Positions 50,544-60,752 of a stretch of 64,000 bases of DNA are shown piece after piece. The stretch is from the IMG/VR virus record IMGVR_UViG_3300045999_009829; one strand, 5' to 3'. Each line of letters begins with the position of its first letter. The first letter of the stretch is position 1. The notes under the pieces were generated by a model that searched no databases, was not told the origin of the DNA, and worked only from the letters and a program-made list of their open reading frames with translations. A program made the position numbers and the translations under genes. The DNA is from a virus.

Positions 50544-52625
50544 TTAGAATCGACCGACGACTGTAGAGAACTCTACACCCGTTCTGACGGCGACAAAGTT
50601 CAGCTGGATGAAATTGATCGAGCGATTTGGCTTGATGTAGATGTCACCCCAGAACTCGTTACGATCAATTCTCTCAGGCGTATTGTTTGTGTTGTCGCAC
50701 ACAACGAGGAAGTCGGTGACACCGCGACGTGACTGAACATCTCTGAGGAAAGGCGTGATCAGGTTTCTAAACTGAGCCCTTGTAAACTCGTCATTGAACT
50801 CAAATAGCGAGAATCTTGCGGACTGAGAGATAGCCTTCTCAAGTGTAATGAAGAGTCTGCGAACGTTAAGTCTATCAAATGCCGAAGACTTTACAGTGGC
50901 CGTCTTGTCACCATAGAGAACAGTTCCCTGACCTGGGAATGAAACAACCGGGTTGATCGCACTCTTGTAAAGAACGTCACGGTCAGCCTGTGTTGGATTG
51001 AAGCGAAGCTTCACGATGTTCCTGATCTGACCGCGGTTGAAACCAGCGGGCGAGTACCAGGGATCCGTCGATGCATCAGACCTTGCGGTCAGACCGGCGA
51101 TGTCACCGTTTAGCGGAACATAGCGGTACACGTCGTTGTAACGGTCGTACATGTACTTGTAGCCAGAGTCAAGGAAGGCATAGGTTGAGTCGCGAACGCT
51201 TGTCTTCCATGTAGCAAGTGCTATGGCTTCGTTTCCAACATTTGTTCTTGTAATGGAATCATCAGGTGTGATGAAGACCACGCAGTCCTTGCGAAGTTCA
51301 GCAATGTTGTCGATCAGGTAGTTACCGACCTGCGTGTTTGAAACACCGCCGCGTGGCTTGCCTGCCATGACTAGCGATATGTCAGCTGTTTCCTTTAGCT
51401 TGAACAGGTCATATGCAGTTGTCAGTGTGGTGATGGGGACATTGCCCTCGTCAGCACCGTCCTGACCGGCAGTAAAGTCAAGTGTAAGAGGCTTCACATT
51501 TGTGGAGCTAACAATGTTTGCCGCTGTGTTTGAGAGAGCATTCGAGCGGTCGTTTGCCCACCACACGTACCTTGAGCCATCATTGATTACGGTCTTGTAG
51601 TAGATGGAAGCGCCGTCAGAGCTCTTGGCATCGGTTGCACGAGACATTGCCGGGAAGACCTCAAGGATCCCGCCAGCCACGCCGTTGAACTTGCCGTCCT
51701 GGTCAATAATAACTGCATGAACCTGGTCGATTGCGGCTGTATTGCCACCGTATGTTGCCACCCACTCAGAGGTACCTGGGGCTCCATCAACTACGTTGAA
51801 GTATTCCCAATTTCTGGTGAGATTTGCAACAGTCGTGTTTCCGTTGACCGTATTGCTGATCACGAAGTTGGCTGCAAGCTTGTTATAGTCAGAGAATGAC
51901 ACGTCAACAATTGCGTGTGTCGTATTTGTTGTCAGAGCGCCGATTGCACTGATCTTTAGGTACTGAGTGCCGAGTGTTGTGTTGCCGATCTTGATCAGGT
52001 CGCCGATTGAAAGCTGTCCGATGACCGTATTTGCATAGGTGTTGGCAGCGGCCGCGGTACCGGAAGTCTCAAACAGCATTGAGGCTGTATTTGAGCCCAC
52101 GTTGACCGTGAAGGATCCCGTGATGGTGTTTCCGGTCTCAGTGCCGATCAGGTCGATTGTTGAACCGAACGCAGTCGTGCTGTCGCAAACGCTGATGCGA
52201 AGTGAGTTGCCGAGGTCGCCGGGATACTTGGCGATATAAGCGGCATTCGCATTGAACGATGAATATGAGTCGTAGTTGTCTCTGTTGGTTACAGCGACGG
52301 TGGCTACGTTGATTGCGCCTGTGTTGGCAACAGCATTGAGAGCCGCATTTGCGCCCGAATCTGCTGTGTTGGCTGCACGTGCAAGAAGAAGCACGTTGCC
52401 ATAGCCAAGAAAGTTGGCTGCTGTGAAGAATGTTTCTGGGTTGAACGATGTAGGTCTGCCGAATGTGTCAACGAGCTTGTTCTCTGAGTCGATTAGGACT
52501 CTCTCGCCGACTGGACCCCAACGGAATACGCCGGCAAATGCGCCGACAGTAGACGATACGCCTGGTACCGACGTTGTTAGATCAATCTCGGAAACGTTTA
52601 CGCCTGGGCTTACTTGAAACGCCAT
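50544..52625 (-). CDS. 18: Contractile tail sheath protein (gp18)
   Basis: SPGVNVSEIDLT, WYSPAGFNRG, RLNVRRLF, FEFNDEFTR. Confidence 0.98.
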   Translation of the reverse strand: MAFQVSPGVNVSEIDLTTSVPGVSSTVGAFAGVFRWGPVGERVLIDSENKLVDTFGRPTSFNPETFFTAANFLGYGNVLLLARAANTADSGANAALNAVANTGAINVATVAVTNRDNYDSYSSFNANAAYIAKYPGDLGNSLRISVCDSTTAFGSTIDLIGTETGNTITGSFTVNVGSNTASMLFETSGTAAAANTYANTVIGQLSIGDLIKIGNTTLGTQYLKISAIGALTTNTTHAIVDVSFSDYNKLAANFVISNTVNGNTTVANLTRNWEYFNVVDGAPGTSEWVATYGGNTAAIDQVHAVIIDQDGKFNGVAGGILEVFPAMSRATDAKSSDGASIYYKTVINDGSRYVWWANDRSNALSNTAANIVSSTNVKPLTLDFTAGQDGADEGNVPITTLTTAYDLFKLKETADISLVMAGKPRGGVSNTQVGNYLIDNIAELRKDCVVFITPDDSITRTNVGNEAIALATWKTSVRDSTYAFLDSGYKYMYDRYNDVYRYVPLNGDIAGLTARSDASTDPWYSPAGFNRGQIRNIVKLRFNPTQADRDVLYKSAINPVVSFPGQGTVLYGDKTATVKSSAFDRLNVRRLFITLEKAISQSARFSLFEFNDEFTRAQFRNLITPFLRDVQSRRGVTDFLVVCDNTNNTPERIDRNEFWGDIYIKPNRSINFIQLNFVAVRTGVEFSTVVGRF

Positions 52626-52667
52626 CTTTATCTCCTTTCAAAGGGACTCTGAGTTTTTCTTATTTAT

Positions 52668-54311
52668 TCAGAATCGGTCTTCAACCTCCGAGAACCAATT
52701 GCCCTGTCTTGGCGTGTCAATTATCTCATCCGCGTGCATTCCATTGTCTACAAATCCAAACGGCACCAAATCTTGAGCAATCTCTTCGTCAGTTTTTTCC
52801 CGTAACTTTGCCAGTGTATTTATCGAGGTGAGCTCTTTGAAGTACATCTGGTCGGACAGCCAGGCGAACAGGACCAGACCCATGACAAGGTCGTCATGCT
52901 TTCCGGACTCCGCCTCGTACGACACTCCCTTTCTAGAGAACGTGGACAGCTCACTGATGGTGTCAAAGTCGTTGACTATGAGCTGATTCTGCTCTACAAG
53001 AAGCTTGAGGATCGAGCAGCCGACTGACTTGACGGACTTGGTGGTCCTGATGCCCTGGTCGATGTTGGCGCCGAAGCCTGACGTGATCCTCTTTCCAGAT
53101 CTACCTGCGGACTCCGTGAAGAGGACGTTCTCGTACTCGAAGTCAAAGTGCAGAGACGTGGCGACTTGCTCACCTATGTCGTTGATCTCTACGAGCGTGG
53201 CAGCAGAGTTGTATGACTTACAGACTCTGTGTATGATGTCGGCATAGTCGATGGGCGTGATTAGATTGTTCTTGTACGTGCAGGCCTGACTGTAGGGCAT
53301 CTCTGTCACATCGACTATACTGAATGCAGAGTAGTCCAGTCCCTTGCCCCTGGACACGTCTGCTATGCATACGTACGACCTGCCAGGTTTTGGAGTCTCG
53401 TACTGCCTCAAGCCTTCCTTCTCGTACAGAGGAGTCTTGTGCACGAGCTCCTTGAGCTTCCAGCCAGCGATCAGAGTGCCAGACGAGCCAAGGAACTCGA
53501 CCTCATACTCCTGAGCAAACTTCTCGGTGTCGAAGTTCATTGCCGCAAGGGTATCACGGCGCCAGTTGTCGTCTCGACCCGGCACTTCCTTCCATACGAC
53601 CTTGATGGCTCTGTACCCGTTTCTGCCCTCCTGGGCATTCTGCCAGGTCTTGTAGAAGTGGTTGAGCCCGTTCGGCGTGGACACCAGGATGATCTGAGTC
53701 GACTTACCGGATGAGATCGTAGGATACACTGAGGTAAAGAATGTGTCCCAGTTCTCGATGAACGCAGCCTCGTCAATGAACAGCAGGTTGATCGAGAAGC
53801 CGCGAATGTTATTGGATGACGTAGCGGTGGCGAGCACGCGGCTGTTGTTCTCTAGTACAAACGAGCCCTTGTTCCACTCGACCACGCCCTGCTGCAGCCA
53901 CTTCGGCAGGTGCTCGTACGCGAGCTGGATCCTGCTGAGAATCTCTCGGGCAGTCTCAGCCTTGTTTGCCAGCAGAGCAACGGTCTTGTCCGGCTGGAAC
54001 AGGATGTACCAGAGGATGTACGCGCAGGTGGTGGTCGACTTGCCCGACTGACGAGACGTGGCGATGATGGTGTAGCGCTCTTCGGACATCGCCTTGAGCA
54101 TCTCGATCTGGTAGTCATACGGCTCGAAGTTGATCAAGCCGCGGTCGACGTTCACGATCTTCATGTAGGTCTTCACGAAGTACACGATGTCTGTAGAGCA
54201 CTTCATGTACTCCTGGACCATCTCTGGGGTCCAGTTTACTCCAACGCCCGAGCGCTTTAGGTTCGGGTTGCCGAGGTAGCTTTTAAAGTTCGGAATATCC
54301 GCAGCTGACAT
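52668..54311 (-). CDS. 17: Terminase large subunit (gp17)
   Basis: YLGNPNLK, RQSGKST, IDEAAF, STPNG, DVSRG, HDDLVM. Confidence 0.98.
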   Translation of the reverse strand: MSAADIPNFKSYLGNPNLKRSGVGVNWTPEMVQEYMKCSTDIVYFVKTYMKIVNVDRGLINFEPYDYQIEMLKAMSEERYTIIATSRQSGKSTTTCAYILWYILFQPDKTVALLANKAETAREILSRIQLAYEHLPKWLQQGVVEWNKGSFVLENNSRVLATATSSNNIRGFSINLLFIDEAAFIENWDTFFTSVYPTISSGKSTQIILVSTPNGLNHFYKTWQNAQEGRNGYRAIKVVWKEVPGRDDNWRRDTLAAMNFDTEKFAQEYEVEFLGSSGTLIAGWKLKELVHKTPLYEKEGLRQYETPKPGRSYVCIADVSRGKGLDYSAFSIVDVTEMPYSQACTYKNNLITPIDYADIIHRVCKSYNSAATLVEINDIGEQVATSLHFDFEYENVLFTESAGRSGKRITSGFGANIDQGIRTTKSVKSVGCSILKLLVEQNQLIVNDFDTISELSTFSRKGVSYEAESGKHDDLVMGLVLFAWLSDQMYFKELTSINTLAKLREKTDEEIAQDLVPFGFVDNGMHADEIIDTPRQGNWFSEVEDRF

Positions 54312-54317
54312 AGTTAG

Positions 54318-54345
54318 TTGACTTTCGTCCGGATCACGGTATAAT
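54318..54345 (+). promoter_or_regulatory. Sigma70-type promoter antisense to gp16
   Basis: TTGACT-N16-TATAAT on + strand between gp16 and gp17. Confidence 0.5.
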
Positions 54346-54369
54346 GTCTAGTGACAGAGTGATAAAGCT

Positions 54370-54789
54370 CTATTGTCCCTTGTCCTTCATTGACTGAAGC
54401 ATCTTGCTCAACTCTGCGGTGCTTCCGACAAACAGGTTGTTGGTGACGGACTTTGCCGCCTCATCGTGGGGTACATCGGCCTTGTCGATGGTCCTGATCT
54501 CCTTTTGGAGCTCAAGGAGGTGCTTGCTGGCGACCACGGCCGTGTCCATGAGCTTGGCAAGCACTTCGAACGCCCTGGGGTTCTGTGATTGGTCCGCTAT
54601 GATTGCCAGCTTTGCTATGGCGTCGTTGGCGTTCTCCACAACATCTCTGACGTTGGCCCGAGCAAAGGTGAAGTCCTCTCGGGCAGAGTCGTCGTGCGCT
54701 TTGGCTATGATTGTCGATAGAGCGGTCGACTGGTTGCCCATGGGCGCCAGGTCAAAAGCCTTGTCAATGGGTGATTCATCGTCTGTCAT
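54370..54789 (-). CDS. 16: Terminase small subunit (gp16)
   Basis: DFTFARAN, PRAFEV, NNLFVGSTAEL. Confidence 0.93.
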   Translation of the reverse strand: MTDDESPIDKAFDLAPMGNQSTALSTIIAKAHDDSAREDFTFARANVRDVVENANDAIAKLAIIADQSQNPRAFEVLAKLMDTAVVASKHLLELQKEIRTIDKADVPHDEAAKSVTNNLFVGSTAELSKMLQSMKDKGQ

Positions 54790-55607
54790 TGCTGTGGGCC
54801 TAGAGGATCATCTATATCTATCACGAAGCCGAAGTCGTCCGTCGCTACGATCTCATCCACCGGAATCGAGAGAGACGAGTTCGACGTGGGCGAGCCGTTG
54901 GCAAGTAGTCCCGGTTGGATATCTATCTTGGCTACCGGGTCAGCGGTCCTGTCGATCTCGTCGTACAGGTTGGTGATGGAGTACTTGATGACCTTCGTAG
55001 ACTTGACTGGTCCGTATAGGTATCCCTTCAGAGTGAAGTCGAGTGTCCAGATCATGGACCGCCTCTCAGTAAACTCACCCTCATACACGTCGTCGAGGTT
55101 GACTCGGTTCAGCACCACTGGTATGTCGTGCTTGATGTCCATCTCTGGAATCAGGAGAGCAGTCACCGTCCAGTCTGGCGTGAAGTAGGGCAGGATCTGC
55201 TCCACGATCTTTGTACCGTCCTCGGCATTCTTGACTAGGATGCTTAGTTGGAACCCGATGTTGTATGGCACCGGGTTGTACTGGTACTTTCTCTTGGCCT
55301 TGTCTGAGCTGTTGTACGCATTTCTATTGATTGTCTGCAATTTTCTGGTGCCGTCGTAGTCGAATCCAGTCATTTCAAACGTCATCATCGGCAGCGGATA
55401 GGTAGCTGTCGGTCTGTCGATGTTGGGATCCTGGAAGACACGAGTCAGCGCCTTGTCCTTGGGACCATACGTGATCGGCACCCTGATTGTAGAGACCTTG
55501 TTTCCGTTCTTGTCAGTTCGGTCTATGTAGATGTTGTTGAACAGAGTACCGAACGTGATGATGTACTTGCGGATCAGGTTGTGGTAGAAGGGCGTGGTGG
55601 AGAACAT
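54786..55607 (-). CDS. 15: Tail sheath stabilizer / tail terminator (gp15)
   Basis: FGTLFNNI, VPITYGPK, EQILPYFTP, KGYLYGP. Confidence 0.95.
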   Translation of the reverse strand: MFSTTPFYHNLIRKYIITFGTLFNNIYIDRTDKNGNKVSTIRVPITYGPKDKALTRVFQDPNIDRPTATYPLPMMTFEMTGFDYDGTRKLQTINRNAYNSSDKAKRKYQYNPVPYNIGFQLSILVKNAEDGTKIVEQILPYFTPDWTVTALLIPEMDIKHDIPVVLNRVNLDDVYEGEFTERRSMIWTLDFTLKGYLYGPVKSTKVIKYSITNLYDEIDRTADPVAKIDIQPGLLANGSPTSNSSLSIPVDEIVATDDFGFVIDIDDPLGPQQ

Positions 55608-56350
55608 CAGTAGTTATTCTCCGCAAAGGGATTGCGCTCTGTGAAGTCCACAAAGTCGTTGGATCCAAGCGGGAAGTTATCGGTGCCTTCCTGGATGGCG
55701 TCATTGTCAGAAGCGGGATTGAGTGTCGCCAGGTTGTACTTCTCGTCTACGATGACGTTCTCGGACTCATCTAGTAGGATGTTTCCGCTCTCGTCCCTCA
55801 GGGCGTAGTCTAGGATGTTCATGGAGAACTCAGACTGCAGCCTGTCGATCTCTGGAATGCCCGTGTTCATCCTCTCACTGCCGTACTCGAACAGCTCGAC
55901 TGTAATCTCCCACGTGGGCAGGGTGCCCATTGGGTAGAAGAACTCCTGCTTCTTCACGTACATGATCTTGAAGCACTTCTGGTTCAGCGGGAAGTAGATC
56001 AAGTCGCCTTCGTTGGGCCTTGTCTGTCCAGTCAGAGCGGCGACTTCAGCTGAGAACACCCTCTGCGCTATGGAGAACACCGCCTGGTCCCTGATCTGCA
56101 GGCCGAACTTTGACATGAAGTTGCCGTCGCCGGTGAAGCCGTCCACCGACTTGATGTAGAACTCGACAAAGATAGCTCTGTTGTACTCAGAGATGTCGTC
56201 CTCGCCGAACAGCCTGTCATAGCGCTTCAGCTCACGAGGCACGTAGTACATGTCCTCGCCGTAGATCTTGATCGACTCGATGATCAGGTCGTGGAGGAGG
56301 TCTTGCTCGTTGGATGCATCGTAGTTGCGGAAATAGAAGTTGGTTGCCAC
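55607..56350 (-). CDS. 14: Neck protein (gp14)
   Basis: ESIKIYG, SKFGL, RPNEGDLIYFP. Confidence 0.95.
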   Translation of the reverse strand: MATNFYFRNYDASNEQDLLHDLIIESIKIYGEDMYYVPRELKRYDRLFGEDDISEYNRAIFVEFYIKSVDGFTGDGNFMSKFGLQIRDQAVFSIAQRVFSAEVAALTGQTRPNEGDLIYFPLNQKCFKIMYVKKQEFFYPMGTLPTWEITVELFEYGSERMNTGIPEIDRLQSEFSMNILDYALRDESGNILLDESENVIVDEKYNLATLNPASDNDAIQEGTDNFPLGSNDFVDFTERNPFAENNY

Positions 56351-56354
56351 CGCA

Positions 56355-57095
56355 CTATCCGATCATGTCGGTTGCAGGCAAGCTGTAGGAGAAGATCATC
56401 TCGGACTCTAGCTGCTGTCTCTCCTGAGTCGCCTCGTCGTATATCTGCTGACCGTTGAACGTCAAGCCGCCTGGCATCTGCATACCCTGGAACTTCTTCA
56501 GGTTGGTACCCCACTGCTGCTTGATCAGGCACGACGCATACCTTAGGAGCCAACGGTCCTTCCACACATCTGAATACACGGTGGGATCCACAATCTGGTA
56601 AGCCTCAGCGATGATGTAGTCGCCCTCGTTGATGATGCTCCAGTCCATGTCGATGTACAGGCGGTTCACGTGCCTGTTGTAGCGCAGGGGCTGCTGACCG
56701 ACTAGCATCTGCTCGAGGAACTGAACGTGAGTCAGCGCCATGTAGTAGGGCACCATCGACACCGACGTGAGCGTGTACAGGTCATTCAGCGCAATCTGGT
56801 ACCTGATGTTGAACAGGTTGTTCGTATTGAGTCCCTGACCGATGGGAAACAGGTTGATCACGCCGATTACGTTCTCTGGGACTGGCACATACCTGTCGAT
56901 CTTCGTCTGGGCGGTCACCTGATAGCGATAGAAGATCTTCTCCGAGCCGTCAAAGTGATAGTCCCAGTAGTAGCTCAGAGCCTCGTCGATCCTGTCATCG
57001 ACCTGGTCGTCGTCGACGTTGATCTCAATAACGGGCTTGCCGAGGTTCCTCAGGCAATACTCCTTGAATGTCGCTCTTGTTGTAGGAAGTGCCAT
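56355..57095 (-). CDS. 13: Neck protein (gp13)
   Basis: LGKPVIEINVDDDQ, KQQWGTNLKKF, PGGLTFNG. Confidence 0.95.
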   Translation of the reverse strand: MALPTTRATFKEYCLRNLGKPVIEINVDDDQVDDRIDEALSYYWDYHFDGSEKIFYRYQVTAQTKIDRYVPVPENVIGVINLFPIGQGLNTNNLFNIRYQIALNDLYTLTSVSMVPYYMALTHVQFLEQMLVGQQPLRYNRHVNRLYIDMDWSIINEGDYIIAEAYQIVDPTVYSDVWKDRWLLRYASCLIKQQWGTNLKKFQGMQMPGGLTFNGQQIYDEATQERQQLESEMIFSYSLPATDMIG

Positions 57096-57123
57096 CAGAT
57101 ACTATTCCTGCATTTTTGACTAT

Positions 57124-57342
57124 TTATTCTGACTGATCCGTGCTCTCGCTGAGCTCATATGGAATGCCAAAGTAAGCCTTAGCTTCTTGCTCTGAGTCGA
57201 ACCAGAACCATCCGTCGATGGGATACTCGTTCTCAGAGTGTGTTTGCTTGTGGAGAGAGTACGCCTGATATGGACCCAAAACAAAGTTGGGTGCATACAG
57301 CAGCTCTCCGTCCAACTTGTAGAACCCTGATGTGTCTTGCAT
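57124..57342 (-). CDS. Hypothetical protein (possible fibre chaperone)
   Basis: SGFYK...YAPNFV...YPIDGWFWF. Confidence 0.65.
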   Translation of the reverse strand: MQDTSGFYKLDGELLYAPNFVLGPYQAYSLHKQTHSENEYPIDGWFWFDSEQEAKAYFGIPYELSESTDQSE

Positions 57343-57346
57343 GATG

Positions 57347-59596
57347 TTATCCCGTTACCGTCCAGCCCTTGGCTTGTGCAATTGCCGGATTGTCTGTCAC
57401 TGTTCCCCAGTTGCCAGTAACTGTAATGGTCTGCCCCGTAACTGAGGGCAGATTTGTGTAGATTTCATCTAGTGCAGCCGCAGACAACTTACAGCTAACT
57501 AATGAGAAGGTAAATCTGAAGTTTCTAGCCTCTACCCTTGATAGGGAAGAACATGAGTTAAACATAATGGAAAAACCAGCACTAGATGTCACCGCTGTCG
57601 TTACAAGTGCAGGCACAGATTGAAGACTGGTGCAATTGTTGAACATTGCGTTCATTGAGGTAACAGCCGCGGTGTTGAATAGCGGTACTGTAGTGAGTGC
57701 GGCGCAACCGCTAAACATGCTGTTCATATTAATAACAGCACCGGTGTTAAACAGAGGCACTGTAGTGAGCGCAAAGCAATTGTTGAACATTGCGTTCATG
57801 GCAGTAACTGATGCTGTATTGAATAGCGGTACTGTAGTGAGTGCGGCGCAACCGCTAAACATGGCGGACATGTCAAGAACTGATGCTGTGTTAAACAAAG
57901 GCACTGTAGTGAGTGATGAGCAACCGCTGAACATGCTGGACATATTAGTAACAGCCGCGGTGTTAAACAGAGGTACCGACTTGAGTGATATGCAACCGTT
58001 GAACATATTGGACATATCGTTAACGACTACCGTATTGAATAGCGGCACTGTGGTGAGAGCACGGCAACCGTTAAACATGGTGGCCATGCTTACACTAGCG
58101 CCGGTTGTTCTAATGTTAAACAATGGCACTGTGGTGAGTGATGAGCAACCGCTGAACATGCTGTTCATATTAGTAACAGCAGCAACGTTGAACTGCGGCA
58201 CTGTGGTGAGTGCACCGCAATTTATAAACATACTGGACATATTAGTAACTGATGCTGTATTGAATAGCGGCACTGTGGTGAGTGATGAGCAACCGCTGAA
58301 CATGCTGTTCATATTAGTAACTGATGCTGTGTTGAATAGAGGTACCGACGTGAGTGCACCGCAATTTATAAACATACTGGACACATTAGTAACTGATGCT
58401 GTATTGAATAGCGGCACCGTAGTGAGAGCACGGCAACTGTTGAACATGGTGGACATATCACTGACTGCTACTGTATTGAACTGCGGTACTGTGGTGAGTG
58501 CGGAACAACCGGTGAACATACTGGACACATTAGTAACTGATGCTGTATTGAATAGCGGCACCGTAGTGAGAGCACTGCAAGCAGAAAACATGGTGTTCAT
58601 GGTAGTAACAGCAGATGTGTTGAATAGAGGCACCGACGTGAGTAAAAAGCAATTGCTGAACATACCGAGCATGGTGGTAACTGATGCAGTGTTGAATAGA
58701 GATACCGAGGTGAGCCCAAAGCAACTGTTGAACATGGATTCAGTACTGGTAACAGAAGCAGTACTGGCAAACACCAATTCACGCAACCTTCTCATATTCC
58801 TAAAACGATGCGCCAAGGTAGTCGTGCCGCCGAAGTTTCTAACCGCCACCCTCTCACACATGTTTTTATTGACGTTTATGGTAGTAGAGTCCGATGAAAT
58901 GATCAGCCCGGTTGTCGAAAAGTTTGGGCTTCCCACTTCGATGTCCAACCACCCGGCTTCATATGCTGATAAACCGCTCTGCGTGTGCCTGACATTTAAG
59001 TTCATGGCGGTGAGATTCTGACCCGCCTGCGGAGTCACTGTGATGATGGCTTGCTTGTAGGGCAGCAGTGTGGCAGAGCCGTTGTTGGTGAGCGCAACCG
59101 CAGATCCACCGACAGTAGTGGACACTTGAAATGTATCAGCGGTTGCATTGATCACGTAGTAAACTTGCCCTCGACTCAAGCCCGTCGTGGTGACTATGTT
59201 GTAGAATTGAACAGTCATGTTGTTGCTGTAGCCGTGAGCAGTCCGACCCACTAGGTCACCTGTATCAGTCAGTGTGACTGGAGCATCTGTACCGTTTAGA
59301 TCCGCATCATTGAAGTCGTAGAGCTTCAGTGCAGTAGCGCCGGAGGTGTAGTTTTCTGTGGTGCCGTCGCCCCAGTCGACTGTATAAGCGCCTGCTGCAC
59401 TAAATGCTACGAACGAACTGTTGGTGTGAACCGCCATCAGTCCGCGGAATGCCTGTTCAGAATCGCCCACTGCTGTAAGGGCTCGCCAGGAAGGATTTCG
59501 CACCCATGGAGTATTGACGGGCGTGGCTTCAGGTAGTCTGTAGGTGTTTACCCGCTTCGCTTGTGCTCCAGATCCCAAAATGTTACGGGTGGACAT
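57347..59596 (-). CDS. BspA/DUF285-like repeat protein, probable virion adhesin
   Basis: PKD-like VDWGDG; ~17 repeats of FNTASVTNMSSMFSGCSSLTTVPL; AQAKGWTV C-terminal cap. Confidence 0.85.
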   Translation of the reverse strand: MSTRNILGSGAQAKRVNTYRLPEATPVNTPWVRNPSWRALTAVGDSEQAFRGLMAVHTNSSFVAFSAAGAYTVDWGDGTTENYTSGATALKLYDFNDADLNGTDAPVTLTDTGDLVGRTAHGYSNNMTVQFYNIVTTTGLSRGQVYYVINATADTFQVSTTVGGSAVALTNNGSATLLPYKQAIITVTPQAGQNLTAMNLNVRHTQSGLSAYEAGWLDIEVGSPNFSTTGLIISSDSTTINVNKNMCERVAVRNFGGTTTLAHRFRNMRRLRELVFASTASVTSTESMFNSCFGLTSVSLFNTASVTTMLGMFSNCFLLTSVPLFNTSAVTTMNTMFSACSALTTVPLFNTASVTNVSSMFTGCSALTTVPQFNTVAVSDMSTMFNSCRALTTVPLFNTASVTNVSSMFINCGALTSVPLFNTASVTNMNSMFSGCSSLTTVPLFNTASVTNMSSMFINCGALTTVPQFNVAAVTNMNSMFSGCSSLTTVPLFNIRTTGASVSMATMFNGCRALTTVPLFNTVVVNDMSNMFNGCISLKSVPLFNTAAVTNMSSMFSGCSSLTTVPLFNTASVLDMSAMFSGCAALTTVPLFNTASVTAMNAMFNNCFALTTVPLFNTGAVINMNSMFSGCAALTTVPLFNTAAVTSMNAMFNNCTSLQSVPALVTTAVTSSAGFSIMFNSCSSLSRVEARNFRFTFSLVSCKLSAAALDEIYTNLPSVTGQTITVTGNWGTVTDNPAIAQAKGWTVTG
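57550..58770 (-). repeat. ~17 tandem 72-bp coding repeats
   Basis: Recurring GATGCTGT(A/G)TTGAATAG(C/A)GG(C/T)AC and CAACCGCTGAACATG blocks. Confidence 0.85.
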
Positions 59597-59922
59597 CAGG
59601 TAACCTCAGCACCAAACAAAGAAAACGATACGTCGGCTGTTGCGGCTTGCACAGAAACCACATCGGTGGTCGCCAAGGAGATGCCTAGAGTCAAAAAGAT
59701 GCTGTCGTACTGGCTTATCACTGTATCAAACGCGATGTAATGCGAGTTTGCAATAGACGCTCCTGCAGGCCTGATGGCTATTCTGAAGAAGGTAGACGTG
59801 CCTCGATTGGCGATTGCAAGCGTCGAGCAGACAGTGGTTGTGCTGGAAGGCACGGTGTATAGCGTAGTGAGGGTGTTGGCAGCGGGCGCAGATTGACCCA
59901 ATACCTTATAGGCTGTAGGCAT
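59596..59922 (-). CDS. Small virion protein
   Basis: YKVLGQSAP...LYTVP...SLFGAEVT. Confidence 0.7.
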   Translation of the reverse strand: MPTAYKVLGQSAPAANTLTTLYTVPSSTTTVCSTLAIANRGTSTFFRIAIRPAGASIANSHYIAFDTVISQYDSIFLTLGISLATTDVVSVQAATADVSFSLFGAEVT

Positions 59923-59923
59923 T

Positions 59924-60253
59924 CTATGCTCCCATTAAAAGAAATGCATCTAGCGTTTGCGTAGACCCGCCCCCACCAGACACGGTAGACCAGTACACAC
60001 CGGCTCCATTGGAGGTCAAGACTTGACCGCTTGTACCCAAGCCGCCGTTGGCCACCACCGCGTTTATAGTTAGATTTCCAGTAACTGATAGGTTGACCAG
60101 ATTTGATCCAAGTTCAAACACTGCAGTAGCATTAGCAGTAAAGAGTTTTCTGTCGGATAGGTTGATGCCCAACTCACCTGGAGACAGGTCACCAGTAGTG
60201 GGGACTACACCCGATACCGTGCTTCTCTTGTGCTGAAACCTGTTATTCGCCAT
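59924..60253 (-). CDS. Short fibre-like virion protein
   Basis: KRS...GELGINL, GTSGQVLTSNG.GVYW. Confidence 0.7.
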   Translation of the reverse strand: MANNRFQHKRSTVSGVVPTTGDLSPGELGINLSDRKLFTANATAVFELGSNLVNLSVTGNLTINAVVANGGLGTSGQVLTSNGAGVYWSTVSGGGGSTQTLDAFLLMGA

Positions 60254-60752
60254 CCGACCACTCTAACTTTGCTGCTTTCTTATGAGCTTTCTTCTCCGGA
60301 TACTTGGGGGAAGGGCTATTGTTGCTCTGTAGCTTGGTCAACTCGGCGCACACCAACTCGTAGTTTGACTTGATCGTTTCATTTTCAGCCTTGAGTGCTG
60401 TGAGCTCTGACAGTTTTGACTTCTCTACCAAGCAGTCGTTTAGATTCAGCATCAAGCTCTTGACCTTGGTTGACAGTTCGTCTCGCTCGACAGTTAAGGC
60501 CTTAAGTCCCACTAGACTTTGGTTCAAGGTCTCCTCTGCTCTTTCGAGCTGTTCTTTAAGGACTTCTGCTTTCTTGCCTGACTCCAGCAGCGCCGATTCC
60601 AGCACTGCAATCTTAGTTTCAGCTTGAAGAGTTCTTCTGATGAACTCTACTACTAGTCCCTCTTGCTTGGAGAGATACGTATCAACGACGTGCTTTTCGG
60701 TCATATTAAAACACCAATCAGGTTCAGAAAGAGCCACCATCCAGCGTATCAT
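60243..60752 (-). CDS. Coiled-coil protein (possible fibre chaperone)
   Basis: Heptad-rich; true start probably 60704. Confidence 0.6.
   Translation of the reverse strand: MIRWMVALSEPDWCFNMTEKHVVDTYLSKQEGLVVEFIRRTLQAETKIAVLESALLESGKKAEVLKEQLERAEETLNQSLVGLKALTVERDELSTKVKSLMLNLNDCLVEKSKLSELTALKAENETIKSNYELVCAELTKLQSNNSPSPKYPEKKAHKKAAKLEWSDGE

Noticed and set aside
57630-59021. 463-aa + strand ORF
   Set aside because: Antisense shadow of the 72-bp coding repeats; the minus-strand protein has the recognisable repeat family and operon context.
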